Positions 40,055 through 53,269 of a stretch of DNA of 64,000 nucleotides are shown here, one piece after another. This DNA is from Octopus vulgaris. Taxonomy: Eukaryota. Positions within the stretch are counted from its first letter, which is position 1; every line of letters begins with the position of its first letter. The notes below the pieces were generated by a model that was not told the origin of the DNA, ran no database searches, and was given only the letters and a program-made list of their open reading frames with translations. The position numbers were made by a program, and so were the translations under genes. The stretch spans positions 31,310,001 to 31,374,000 of the forward strand of contig OX597817.1 of NCBI GenBank assembly GCA_951406725.2, read 5' to 3'.

Positions 40055-40593
40055 GTACGACTTTATTATTCTTTCTATTCTGTCATTCTTTCCTTCTTTC
40101 TATCGTTCATTCCACTCTTCATTTTTTCGTTCACCCTGTCTCACATTTCCTTGCCTTCCCTTCATGCTCACTTTCTCTCCTATTTCACTTTACTGCGTCC
40201 CTTTCATTTTTTTCTCGCCCCTCCTTAATTCTTCTATCCCTCCGCTTCTACCTCCTCTTTTCTCTCCCCACGTGACCGGTGTTCGGCCAAGCCTGACCTT
40301 TCTTTCTTGGTTCGACTACCATCCGTGCAACATCTATATTCCTCCCTGTGCCTGTGAAATCCTATGACCCTGCTGTAAGTCTTTATTTCCACACACGCTA
40401 GCTTAACTTAATTCCTCCTTAGTCGAAAGACACCTGTTGTTAGGTCCTGTTATTTGCATTTGTATTTGTGTAACATTTCTACGTTTTTTCCGTCCTTGTT
40501 TTCGTATACATTCGCTGCTTTCTTCCAAAGAATCTAATGCTCTTAACTTAGTTTTTCTTTGGGGCTGGCCAGATTGGAGCAATCTCGAGTATA

Positions 40594-40669
<76 letters not shown>

Positions 40670-40719
40670 GGGGATTTTAAACACATAAAACATTGATTTA
40701 TTGATATAACAGTCAATTT

Positions 40720-40819
40720 CATATCGCCTACGTACGTTTCAGTTTCTTACCTTCATTCATATTTAGCAATTAAGATTACATATGCACCTAAAAGGTAAAA
40801 ATCTCTTCAGGGCAAAATG
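40720..40819 (-). ncRNA. Type I hammerhead ribozyme motif with long stem II
   Basis: Minus strand CATtTTGCC-CTGAAGA-gatttTTACCTT...AAGGTAAgaaact-GAAAC-gtac-GTA-GGCGAtATG; palindromic stem III ACGTACGT; 60 nt from (TA)n at 40599-40660. Confidence 0.78.
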
Positions 40820-40999
40820 ACATATATTCGTTCAATTCCTAATGGACGGAGAGTTGTTTACAGACTGAGATAGCAGCCTGCTTTTGTGTGTTTTGTTTGT
40901 TAGTATGTGTGACTTTTTTATTTACTTCTAAAAATAGCTTGATGCTAAACTACGACCACAGTGGACAATGGCTAGTGGTAGTTCTAGGAACTAAGTCAT

Positions 41000-41125
<126 letters not shown>

Positions 41126-41554
41126 TCGATTAGTCATAGAATTCAATAGAATCTTGGTACATCAACGCGTAGGATGCCAGAAATGGCTTGATAGAATATC
41201 ATAGGTTCACAGTGAAGTAAAATAGTGAAGGCATCAAGTACCAAATCGAATTTAAACGGAAAATCTGACTCTGAGATTGTTCTAAGTAGAGCGTAAGAAA
41301 ACAAATAGAACACAAATACGGTTTAAAATTTACGACAGCTGTTTCGGTAGAATTTTATTGATTCATTCAAAAATTACATTATAACATATAATCCAGCATC
41401 TTCGTGTACAACCATAAATTGGTGTCAAACAGGTGTGATAATATACTGGTCGTGACGAATCTAGCCAACATTGTTGGATAAGTGGTATTTTGAAAATAAC
41501 CTTGGAATTTATTGAAAAATTGCAGAGTGACATTATGTGTGTGTGTAGATATAC

Positions 41555-41966
41555 TCTTTTACTCTTTACTCTTTTACTTGTTTCAGTCATTTGACTGCGG
41601 CCTTGCTGGAGCACCGCCTTTAATTTAGCCACTCGACCCCGGGACTTATTCTTTGTAAGCCCAGTACTTATTCTATCGGTCTCTTTTGCCGATCTGCTAA
41701 GTTACGGGGACGCAAACACACCAGCATCGGTTGTCAAGCAATGCTAGGGGGACAAACACAGACACACAAACATACACACACATACATATATATATATACA
41801 TATATACAACGGGCTTCTTTCAGTTTCCGTCTACCAAATCCACTCACAAGGCATTGGTCGGCCCGAGGCTATAGTAGAAGACACTTGCCCAAGATGCCAC
41901 GCAGTGGACTGAACCTGGAATCATGTGGTTGGTAAGCAAGCTACTTACCACACAGCCACTCCTGTG

Positions 41967-41970
<4 letters not shown>
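41555..41970 (-). mobile_element. SINE family C
   Basis: Similar to 23080-23480. Confidence 0.9.
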
Positions 41971-42011
<41 letters not shown>

Positions 42012-42012
<1 letters not shown>

Positions 42013-42340
42013 GTACAAAAATAAGAAAATGGAGGAATATATTCCTTTCAATCATCAACTTCCAGATAATACCAATTCATATAATTTATTAACTAATTAA
42101 TTAAATAGGAACATCCAAATCCAACAGACTAAGACAGAATAGATCAATATACATCAATAAGTAAGATAATACCATAAAATAATACATATAAAATGGATCT
42201 TACAGCTGTTTCAGCCTCTAGATAAGGGTATCCCATTATGCCCATATTAGTCAGATGTATTGAGGCAATATGAAATGCATAGTGGGTTACACCCATAGTG
42301 GGTTACACTAGTGGGTTACACTCATAACCTCTATCTCAAT
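42012..42340 (-). mobile_element. Family D-like element with the 3' half of a hammerhead
   Basis: Minus strand GAAAC-agct-GTA-AGA at ~42198-42213; aagaaaatggag end shared with the reverse complement of ~31538-31550; agtgggttacac x3. Confidence 0.45.
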
Positions 42341-42341
42341 T

Positions 42342-42376
<35 letters not shown>

Positions 42377-42379
42377 ATG

Positions 42380-42429
<50 letters not shown>

Positions 42430-43016
42430 CATACATATTATGTGAGTATACACACACACATATGCAACGATGTACGTACATTTATGTGTTGATATGTATA
42501 TATAGTACTATGTTTATATATTGTTTATACACGCGTATATCTCCTTACAAATGGATATACCTATGAAAGATTTCGTCATCTTTTTGCATTCTGAAGTTGC
42601 AACACTAGCGAAATAACACGGTCGATCATTTGCATGCCGCTGATTACAATCATTTTGTTCACATATTTTCTCTTCATTTAGCAAAATTTATGGATGCCAT
42701 TGTCATCGTCGTAACAGAACCCTCCTTACACGTTAGGCTATCATTTTCTTCACGTACACTGTGTCGGTCCTTTCGTAAAACAAAATTTGATGTTTTTTTT
42801 TTCTTGGTCTCTGTGTATTGTTCAATTTTTTACATTTTTGAGGGCTAGTGACGTTTTTCTGATGAGAAAGCCAACGTGAATTTACTGGTACAGAATAGAA
42901 AAAACAAAATTATATCCAGGTTCCTATTTAAAAAATTATTTTAAAATATTTCTTTCCAGTTCTATTTCGTGAAAAAAAAACTTCATAATTTTTGGAGCGA
43001 TGTGATAACAATACGG

Positions 43017-43100
43017 AAGAAGAAGAAGAAGAAGAAGAAGAAGAAGAAGAAGAAGAAGAAGAAGAAGAAGAAGAAGAAGAAGAAGAAGAAGAAGAAGAAG
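43017..43100. repeat. (GAA)n microsatellite
   Basis: Direct reading. Confidence 0.95.
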
Positions 43101-43164
43101 AGATTACGGAAATCGTCTAAATATTACGTCAAAAATTGTCAAGGGTGCAAAAACGTCTTCTAGT

Positions 43165-43400
43165 CAATGTATCAATTCCAACGGACACTTATATATCTTT
43201 CAAAGAAATATAGACACTATGAAAATATAAAGATCTGGTTATAGATAACCAGAATATGGAGACTGAGAACAGAAACAATCCCCTTAATAATAGGTGCCTT
43301 GGGAATGCTACAAAAAGATGCAGACAAATACATTGCCAAAATCCCAGGACACATATATTCGGCTTACAGAAAATAACACTACTTGACATATTACATAGTA
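43165..43400 (+). mobile_element. Decayed R4-like RLE C-terminal fragment
   Basis: SIPTD..ISFKE...KYKDL..ITRIWRLRTETIPLIIGALG...DKYIAKIPG..LQKI.LL, homologous to ~32590-32820. Confidence 0.75.
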
Positions 43401-43544
43401 ATACAATAGGAAAAAAAAGAGGCACTGCATTAAAAAATGCATACGGAGCTTTAATAATAAGACTAGTGAAAAAACAAAAATACTGCTACGCCGACAACCA
43501 ATAATACAATATACTACTGTTAAAACCACAACAACTACTGCTTT

Positions 43545-43590
<46 letters not shown>

Positions 43591-43834
43591 GCGCATAAGG
43601 ATCAGTGAAGTGACTAGCCATCATCACTACACTGCGCAATAGTTTACAGACGTTTCTGAGACAGTACGTGTTTATATTTCAACACTGTGCCCCACCCGAA
43701 CCCCTGTACAGTTAAACATTACATGTCGTAATAGGCAGTAAGGTACCAAGGTAGCTGAAGTTACAGAGTATCACTCGGTTTCCTAACTAATTCTCTCTCT
43801 TCCTCTTCTCTCTATCTCTTTACATATATTTATA

Positions 43835-43875
<41 letters not shown>

Positions 43876-43942
43876 TGTATATATGTATGTTATATATATA
43901 TATATGTATATTATATATATATGTGTGTGTGTGTGTGTATAT

Positions 43943-44061
43943 ACTCTCTTTTACTCTTTTATTTGTTTCAGTCATTTGACTGTGGCCATGATGGAGCACC
44001 GCCTTTAGTCGAGCAACTCGAGCCCAGGACTTATTCTTTGTAAGCCTACATACAAACACAT

Positions 44062-44128
<67 letters not shown>

Positions 44129-44283
44129 TATATACGACGGGCTTCTTTCAGTCTCCGACTACCTAATCCCCCCACAAGGCTTTGGTCGTCTCGAGGCTAT
44201 AGTAGAAGACACTTGCCCAAGGCACCACCCAGTGGGACTGAACTCGGAACTATGTGGCTTGTAAGCAAGCTACTTATCACACA
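43943..44283 (-). mobile_element. SINE family C (internally deleted, expanded (TA)n)
   Basis: Family C tail and head present. Confidence 0.85.
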
Positions 44284-44287
44284 TTCT

Positions 44288-44602
44288 TTCGGTTACGACG
44301 ACGAAGTTTTCAGTTAATCCGCTCAACGGAACAGCCTACTCGTGAAATTAACGTGCAAGTGGCTGAGCATTCCACAGACACGTGTACTCTTAACGTAGTT
44401 CTCATGGAGATTCAGCGTGACACAGAATGTAGCAAGGCTGGCCCTCTGAAATACAGGCACAGCTCATTTTTGTCAGCTGAATGGACTTAAGCAACGTGAA
44501 ACAAAGTGTTTTGCTCAAGGACAGAACGCGTCACCAGGAATTGAGCTCGAGACCTTGCGATCGTGAGCCGAATACCCTAACCACTAAGCCACGTGCCTTC
44601 AC
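44288..44602 (-). mobile_element. SINE family B2
   Basis: Reverse complement similar to 58398-58719. Confidence 0.85.
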
Positions 44603-44675
44603 ATAGATGTGCGTGTATGTATGTATGTATGTATGTATGTATGTATGTATGTATGTATGTATGTATGTATGAAAA

Positions 44676-44885
44676 GTTAATCCAAACATGAAAACACAAA
44701 GAGAAAACACAACAACGCGAGTACGTGGAACAAGAATAGTGTTATTGGACGCTCAGGAACGGAAAGAAAGAAAGAGGATTTAACGTTTCGAGCGGAGCTC
44801 TTCGTCAGAAACATAGGAAAAGAAAAGATCCAAGGAAGGGAAGACGGAGGGAAAAAATCGCCAACGATACACACGCGGCCACATA
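44676..44885 (-). mobile_element. Family B element
   Basis: Near-identical to 20050-20265. Confidence 0.85.
44779..44811 (-). ncRNA. Minimal type I hammerhead motif, intact core
   Basis: TTT-CTGACGA-A-GAGC-tcc-GCTC-GAAACGT-T-AAA; stem III reduced to palindromic ACGT; stem I only 3 bp. Confidence 0.65.
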
Positions 44886-45159
44886 TATATGTAAGAAATA
44901 TTTTCTTAAATTAAAAATTATTAGTAATATAACAACTCCTGAAAAATAGATAAATTTAGAATTCTTAAATTTGTATTCTACTTTTGCCTTTTGTAGTTGA
45001 TTTTTTATTTGCTTTATTTCGAAAAATGGTAAGTATCCTAAAATTTTCCATTTGCGAAAAATGTAATGTTTACTACATGCAGCATTTCCAAGAAATGAAT
45101 TTTCGATTTGTTGCTTATATACCCTAACCCGATGTATTAATTTTGATCCAGTTTAGGTG

Positions 45160-45270
45160 ATACGGCAATGGCCATAGCCAATCTGAAAGAAGCGACTCAG
45201 GATAGAACTGGTTGGAGGACACTGATCCATCGAGTAACCGAGAGTCGACTTCGACTGAGCGGATAGATAG
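45160..45270 (+). mobile_element. RTE/BovB-like extreme 3' end
   Basis: LKEATQDRTGWRTLIHRVTESRLRLSG*, followed by a short gata tail. Confidence 0.7.
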
Positions 45271-45817
45271 AATTCATATTTGCGTTAAACTTTTATCAAA
45301 ATTTAAGAAGAAAATTATCAGCAACAAAACGAAAAAGTATACTTTTAAGAATTCTAAGTCCGAAACTAAACTGGAAATATCTGACATCCCTCCTAAAAAC
45401 GAATTCATCTATACAGTTTACACAAGTATACGTACATTTCAAAGTTGAAAAGGGCGAAAGAGTTTATACAATACAGCAACTTCTTTTCCTAGTGTTTGTA
45501 GCATTCTGTGTATATTTAAATATTTTATATAATAAATGATTTTTAATATAAAAAGTAATTCTTCAAATCACATGATCATGTGACCGACCAGATAATCAGA
45601 TATTGTTACACATCGCTAGCCACAATGTACTTTGTGTCATTTTAGCTTTCTAACGACGTCACTACGCTGGCTAGTGAACAGGCCAACATTCCTCCTAATC
45701 GAAAGGGGGACTGGAACAATGTCAAATGAAGTGATTTGCTCAAGAACACAACACGCCTCCCAATCTTGGAATCAAAACCACGTTTCTTTCTAAATTCTTT
45801 CTAAAATGCAGTTATAT

Positions 45818-46470
45818 ACTCTTACTCTTTACTCTTTTACTTGTTTCAGTCATTTGACTGTGGCCATGCTGGAGCACCGCCTTTAGTCGAGCAAATCGAC
45901 CCAGGACTTATTCTTTGTAAGCCTAGTACTAATTCTATCAGTATCTTATGCCGAACCGCTAAGTTACGGGGACGTAAACACACCAGCATCGGTTGTCAAG
46001 TAATGTTGGGGGACAAACATAGACACACAAACATACACACACACATACATATAACCCTATTATCAACCCTATTATCTCCCCTTATTTCGCTCTCGCGTCT
46101 CATGTTTGATCTTTGACCTCTGGCCGAAATCAGATCGCCATGTTGATTCGTTAGTTACTGCACGCATTTTTTTCTCTCCTTCTTTCTGTGTTTTTTTCTC
46201 TCTGTGTATCTTTCTGTTGAAGAGCGTAGGCTCGAAACGTTAAAGACTTGTTTTATTTATATTTCCTGAGCGCCATACTAATACAATTGTTCGTTTGTTT
46301 TCCACCTGCCTTCGTCTTTTGTCTATTTTCATAAAGCTTCCCGTTATATATATATATATATATACATACATACGACGGGCTTCTTTCAGTTTCGTCTACC
46401 AAATCCACTCACAAGGCTTTGGTCGGCCCGAGGCTATAGCAGAAGAAACTTGCCAAGGTGCCACGCAGTG
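45818..46470 (-). mobile_element. SINE family C split by a family A insertion at its internal microsatellite
   Basis: Tail at 45818-46050 and head part at 46370-46470 separated by ~46055-46345. Confidence 0.8.
46209..46246 (+). ncRNA. Minimal hammerhead-like motif, variant core CUGUUGA (family A)
   Basis: TCTTT-CTGTTGA-A-GAGC-gtag-GCTC-GAAACGT-T-AAAGA, identical to the reverse complement of 3-40. Confidence 0.55.
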
Positions 46471-47204
46471 GGTTATATATGTATATATAACATAAATATA
46501 TGTATAAGTATTTATAGGTTTCAAATTTTGGCACAAGGCCAGCAAGTTCGGAAGTTGATATAATCGAACCCAATGCTCAGCTGCTACTTATCAACAATTC
46601 TGCCAGCTCGCCGCCTTTGTGTGTATGTATTTATTAAACAAAAATGATCTAACACAAATAATTCAGAGTGGTCATTAGCATGTATATATATATGAACATA
46701 GATATATACAACTATGTCAATACCATGCAACCTCTACAGAATGTACCACAATTACTAAAATGGCAATTGAAACCAGCTACATACACACATACATACATAC
46801 ATACATACATACATACATACATACATACATACATACATACATACATACAAGAGGACCATTACTTGTGTAATATTATTTTCTTCGTGGTTGCGGTACGGAT
46901 GAAATATGTGTGTATGCGTGTGCACAAATATGTATATGGATAGATTGCCAGGTAGATGGATGGATGGATGGATGGATGGGTGGATGGATGGATGGATGGA
47001 TGGATGGATTGGTGGATGGATAGATGGATGGATATGCATGTCTGTAAGAGAGCAGTCTCATTTTGTAGCTAGGACGATCACCTTGCGAGTGACAGCTTGC
47101 TGAACTATAGCAATCTGTTAAAACCCCAAATGAAAAGCAACTTACTTAAACACGGAGTTCGTACCACTTTCTTTAGTTATCAGCAAGTCAAGAAAATAAT
47201 CTCT

Positions 47205-47590
47205 TTTCTACTCTAGGCACAAGGTCCGAAATTTTGGGGGAGAGGACCAGTCAATTTGATCGACCACAGTACGCAACTAGTACTTAATTTATCGACTCCG
47301 AAAGGATGAAAGGCAATGTCGATCTCGGCGGAATTTGAACTCAGTACATAAAGACAGACGAAATACCTATTTCTTTACTACCCACAAGGGGCTAAACACA
47401 GAGAGGACAAGCAAGGACAGACAAACGGATTAAGTCGATTATAACACCCCCAGTGCGTAACTGGTACTTATTTAATCGACGCCGAAAGGATGAAAGGCAA
47501 AGTCGACCTCGGTGGAATTTGAACTCAGAACGTTGTGGCAGACGAAATACCGCTAAGCAATTTGCCCGGTATGCTAACGTTTCTGCTAGG
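47205..47590 (-). mobile_element. Dimeric SINE family A
   Basis: Two core copies with the same ggcacaagg..cgaaattttggggga tail as 8422. Confidence 0.88.
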
Positions 47591-48740
47591 TCGATAAAAA
47601 GATACCGTAACAACAACGCCCAAGAAGCGAATGGTCCGAGGATAAATATACCTACACTCCCAGCCTCTGCCGTCTGAAAAACAAAATATATTGAAATATC
47701 CTTTGGTTTACATCCCTCTTTCTAAATTTCCTCTAAGTTCAATAGGTTAGCATTTCTCTTTAACGCAAAACGCAAAGCCTGGCGGACGCACAATGTAGGA
47801 GCGCTCATTTGATGCAGATATGAGGAAGCACCACTCTAATGTTTAAAACCGTAAATGTTAGGTAAAATTTCACTTGGAATTTTACGTGAACTGGTGTTGA
47901 AAGCAAAGTTGGTAAAGAAGCAATTATAAAGATGTACTAAAATCTTTCTGATATAAAGATTTAAGTACAGAACGGAGAGTAAGGGGTGAGCTAAAATGTG
48001 GTCAGTGAAGTATTTAGCGATACGTTAGTGACATCAATAAATATTTACTCTTCCTGTCCTATCAACGTTTCGGGCACTCCATGAAAATGTATATAAATCT
48101 TGTTAGCTTTATTAATTAGTCCTTATATGGCTCGAAGCAGCTCCACGTTATACTTAGTGGCGGACGACTGCAAAATCACACAAGTGTTTATTTTCATAAC
48201 TGAAATTGTATTTCCAAACTGGAAATTGCATTTGGATCGTGCTCTTTATTGGAAATTGAATTTGTTGATGAGTGGGCAATGTTCCACCTGAATTTAAACA
48301 AGTCCCATGAAAATATCCAATACTTCATGGACACTTTACTCGGAAATTATAGATTTTACAGCGAAAAATAAAATAAAATTATTCAAAACATTAAAGCAAT
48401 GGGTGAACGCAAATCTCTGAGTTATGAAACAAATTCATAAGATGAAAGATGTAACAACCTTTCACTTTATAAACAAAAACTTTTTAAAAAGTAGAGACGG
48501 AGAATAAGAGAGACTGGGACAGACAAAGAGGGACAAAGAAGATAAGTAAGCTGTTTCCTTTCAGCTATTTTCCCCGAAGGACTTTGTTAGCAAATATTCA
48601 GGTCTTGGTTTAGGCTGAAATTTTGACATCAAAGTGTAAGGGAATCTCATTTCAGTTGCTAAGTGTATTTACAATAGTGTATACATGATAGCAGTGTTCT
48701 AATGCGCACATAGATACACATATCAAATGATATTTCTAAA

Positions 48741-48805
<65 letters not shown>

Positions 48806-48807
48806 GG

Positions 48808-48861
<54 letters not shown>

Positions 48862-48863
48862 GG

Positions 48864-48938
<75 letters not shown>

Positions 48939-48945
48939 TAGGGAG

Positions 48946-49005
<60 letters not shown>

Positions 49006-49025
49006 GGATGGATAGATGGATGGAT
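48741..49025. repeat. (GATA)n microsatellite
   Basis: Direct reading. Confidence 0.95.
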
Positions 49026-49136
49026 TCATATATGTATGTATGTATGTATAATAGTTTATATACATACATATATACATAGAAGTATATAACTATATATATA
49101 TATATATCCTCATGTGTGCTAGTATCTGACTCTCTC

Positions 49137-49176
<40 letters not shown>

Positions 49177-49627
49177 TCCCTCTCTCTCTCTCTCCCTCTC
49201 CCTCTCTCTCTCTCTCTCACTCTTACACACACACACACAAACACAGAAATTTATGTATATATATATGCAAGCAGTTTGTCATGTATATGAGAGTGGGGTA
49301 CTTTCCGGACTAGAGAAAATCCCTAGACCTTGTCAATCCCCTAAGAACAGCATACCTTAAAATAGCAGGCCATACACCCGAAACCCTACCACTGATTCTG
49401 TAATTAATATCATATGTTACCGCTTGAAAATTTTAGTAAGAAGGGAAAAAACCATTTCACGCATTAATTCATGCACTGAAAGAAAATTGATGAAAATAAA
49501 TACAAAAATGAATTATAATACACACACACACACATACATACATGTATGTATTTATATATGTGTGTATATATATATATATATGCACATCTATGTATATATG
49601 AGTGTGAGTAAAGGAAGATATATTATG

Positions 49628-49659
<32 letters not shown>

Positions 49660-49720
49660 TTATATATACATATATATATGTATACATATATATATATACA
49701 TTCTTATATACATATATATA

Positions 49721-49770
<50 letters not shown>

Positions 49771-50033
49771 GTACATATACCTATAGATACATATATATAA
49801 TATATTTGCATATATATATATATTTATACATACATATATTATATATATATATAAATATATAGGTATATGTATATATACATGTATACATAGATACAGACAT
49901 ATTTATATATGTATATATATATATATATGCATGATATATATAGACATACACGCGAGTGCCCGCACATAATGTATGTGTGTGAATATATATATATGTGTGT
50001 GCGTGTGTGTGTGTGTGTGTGTTCCGATGGCTG

Positions 50034-50094
50034 GATAACTGAAGAAATGGCGGCGTGAGTTTCCGCCCCGCCATCCGAAACTCGGAGTTTTATC
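50034..50094 (+). ncRNA. Type I hammerhead ribozyme motif in a ~110-bp island
   Basis: GATAA-CTGAAGA-aATGGCGG...CCGCCATcc-GAAAC-tcgga-GTT-TTATC; 5-bp stem I, 7-bp GC-rich stem II; lies between (TG)n and a short (TA)n. Confidence 0.75.
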
Positions 50095-51085
50095 ACGGCT
50101 ACCGAATTATTGTCACATATTACATTTACAGATATATATATGTGTGTGTGTGTGTGTTTATGTATGTATGTATGTATGTATGTATGTATGTATGTATGTA
50201 TGTATGTATGTATGTATGTATGTATGTGCAACCTGAGCATTGCGTGAAGGCACCAAACCTGTTAAAAAATGGTGTCTTAGATGTTTTCATTGTATGAAAC
50301 TATTAGTAACTCATAAAGTATATATTGTTCTTCTTAACCAAAACAACAAACAATAATGTGTACCATATTCGCTATATTGCCGCTTCCATACATGCATAGA
50401 GGATGAAAATTCATCAACAGATATTGTGAATTGATAACAAAGAAGTTATGTAATGATTTTATCATTTCTAAACACATGTCACAATTATAAGTAATATTTA
50501 AAGAAAGCATACAATTAAAATACAACTCATTTTATGGCAAGGACATATAGTTGTAATAATAGCACATCACCTGTGTTAACTATGGCGCCCTATTGCGCAT
50601 TCTGTCCAAATTTCCTATATACTGCTCGACACTGGTATCACCAAAATTGACCGTAAAGAGATTTGGGGGTCGAAGTTGACAGAAAAATGCCTACTGCCTG
50701 CTAAGCATTGATGTTTAGTACAGCGTAAAAATCTTTGGGAGCATCTTCTCAATCAATAGCTTATCTTTCTTATGGTCTTTCAAGTTTGAACCCATCCCTT
50801 TTCAATCCAACACTTTATCTCCAAAGTCGTATTGCGTCCTGTATTATGGGCTTATCAGCCATTTGTTGATTATTGGAAGAGCTGTAAACTGAAATTTTGT
50901 GAGAGAAAGTAGTTTTCTCTTAACAGGAAACGAAAGATTCCACACCTGAATTCAGGTGATTTTAACATCTATTTCAATGATTCTAGCACTCTAGAGTTTG
51001 GGGTATTGATCTTACGATCGTAAGATGGTGGATTTAATTCCTCAGTCGGTGCATTGTGTCATAGAGCAAGAAGTTTTAGTTTATA

Positions 51086-51477
51086 CTAGCAGTATCGCCC
51101 GGCGTTGCTCGGGTTTGTAAGGGAAATAACTATAAAGCATTTTTAGAGAGTTATAGCCAAAAAATAGCAAAAAAATGCATTAAAATGGAAAAAAATGATG
51201 GTAAATTATTTTTAAAATCGTAGACTCATCGTAGACATTTTTAGAGAGTTACTTCCCTTTGTTAAAAAAGATATGCATTAAAATGGAAAAATATGATGGT
51301 AAATTATTTTTAAAATCGTAGACTCATCGTAGATGCGCGCTAATACCCAGAAGGGCTCCATATGAATCATGACTATAAGATACCCGGTTTTGGTTAAACT
51401 GCATCGCAAAATGTGTGAGTAGTTAGGAATCTAAATCGGAGTAGACAGACACACAACCTTTCTTTTATATATAAAGA
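51086..51477 (-). mobile_element. Non-autonomous Helitron-like element
   Basis: Minus strand starts TC, ends CCCGagcaacgcCGGG hairpin plus CTAG, between A and T, no TSD; internal ~80-bp duplication. Confidence 0.8.
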
Positions 51478-51794
51478 TGACTCTAGTGCACTTGTTTGAT
51501 AGCGAATATCATCCGACTATTGGTGCGGCTCTTTCAACCTCCAACTAGCACCTCCATGAATTTCTGCAAGATCAAGTATGGGAGGATCAGAAGGGGAGCT
51601 ATGTCTGTTCTCCACTACAAAAGCACCTAAAACTTGTGACAGCTTAGTACAAACTGCCAGGATACACTCACTAGCGAGTAATGGCTAAGCTTTTTTTGAA
51701 ACATGTCACACAAGTATGTATGTGTGTGTGTACATATAACATACATACACACACACGTATACACTCATACACACACGTACGCACACGCACAGAG

Positions 51795-51949
51795 GAGAGG
51801 CTGTGTGGTAAGTAGCTTGCTTACCAGCCACATGGCACCGGGTTCAGTCCCACTGCGTGACACCTTGGGCAAGTGTCTTCTACTATAGCCTCGAGCAGAT
51901 CAAAGCCTTGTGAGTAGATTTGGTAGAGGAAACTGAAAGAATCCCGTCG

Positions 51950-51992
<43 letters not shown>

Positions 51993-52015
51993 ATATTTGT
52001 GTGTCTGTGTTTGTT

Positions 52016-52059
<44 letters not shown>

Positions 52060-52230
52060 CAACCGATGTTTGTGTGTCTACGTCTCTGTAACTTAGCGAT
52101 TAGGCAAAAAAGGTCGATAGAGTAACTACTAGGTTTACAAAGAATAAGTGCTGGGACCGATTTATTCGAGTAAAGGTGGTGCTCCAGCATGGTCGCAGTC
52201 AAATGACTGAAACGAGTAAAAGAATAAAAG
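51795..52230 (+). mobile_element. SINE family C
   Basis: Head ggctgtgtggtaagtagcttgc...gggttcagtcccactgcgtg and family C tail. Confidence 0.88.
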
Positions 52231-52243
52231 AATATATGCATAT

Positions 52244-52280
<37 letters not shown>

Positions 52281-52305
<25 letters not shown>

Positions 52306-52480
52306 GAGTGTATTTTTACCTTGTTAACAATTAACACGGAAAAAAAATAGTTACCAGGGCAGCAAAAATCTCACAAGTAAAGGTGTTGTAACTCCTTGTT
52401 TATAAAGGTAGAAACTTCGTGTTTAGGTTGAATATTTTGAATAATATATGAATAAATAAACTCCATTTATTTATTCATAT
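52281..52480. mobile_element. Internally deleted copy of the 35921-36208 element
   Basis: Near-identical 5' ~160 bp; (TA)n flanks. Confidence 0.7.
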
Positions 52481-52489
52481 ATATATATC

Positions 52490-52625
52490 AATGTTCCTTT
52501 TTGTTGAAGAGCTTAGGCTCGAAACGTAAACGACCTTCTCACCTTCCCGAGCGTCAAACTAATACACCGTCTTGTTTATACACCTGTCTTCGTCTTTTGT
52601 TTTTCTGTAAATTTAACTGTATATT
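52490..52625 (+). mobile_element. Family A fragment with degenerate hammerhead (52498-52531)
   Basis: ttgttgaagagcttaggctcgaaacgta...ccgagcg..taatac..cacctgtcttcg. Confidence 0.65.
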
Positions 52626-52899
52626 ATTATACATATACATTGAGACTTTAATCTCGATTTCTGAGCGTTTCCTCACGTCCGCGACGTAGAAAGTTAAATT
52701 TTATTTTTTGTCTTTGTATGGAGTCTGGCGAGCTGTCCACAAGGCTTTGGCTTTGTGGATACTAAACTTTTGGTAACTCTATGTCCAAAATTTAATTTTC
52801 CTTATAATAATTACTGCTCTATTCTTTGGTGTGCTTCTTTTCTTATATACAGGGTATTCATATATACATATGTTTCATTGACTAACTAGATATGTATAT

Positions 52900-53010
<111 letters not shown>

Positions 53011-53195
53011 GAAGTAAATATATGGCACAATGAAGTACCGATATTTACTGGAAAATAGCGAACGTAATAATACGACGCTAATGTATAGCTTCACCGCGTA
53101 TGTACTAGCAAAAATGCGTGTGTGCAACAAACTTGAAAAAAATTGTCTTACCTCCAGGGAGAACATCTGAAAGAGGAAATACCTAAAAAGGGATA

Positions 53196-53269
53196 ATGTG
53201 GGACCGGTTTCCAGATTTTTCAAGATATATCTGCACACATATACTTGATTTATCTTCATCAGCCAACAT
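53196..53269 (-). ncRNA. Type I hammerhead ribozyme motif
   Basis: Inverted twin of 53632-53704 with one extra nucleotide before GAAAC. Confidence 0.72.
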
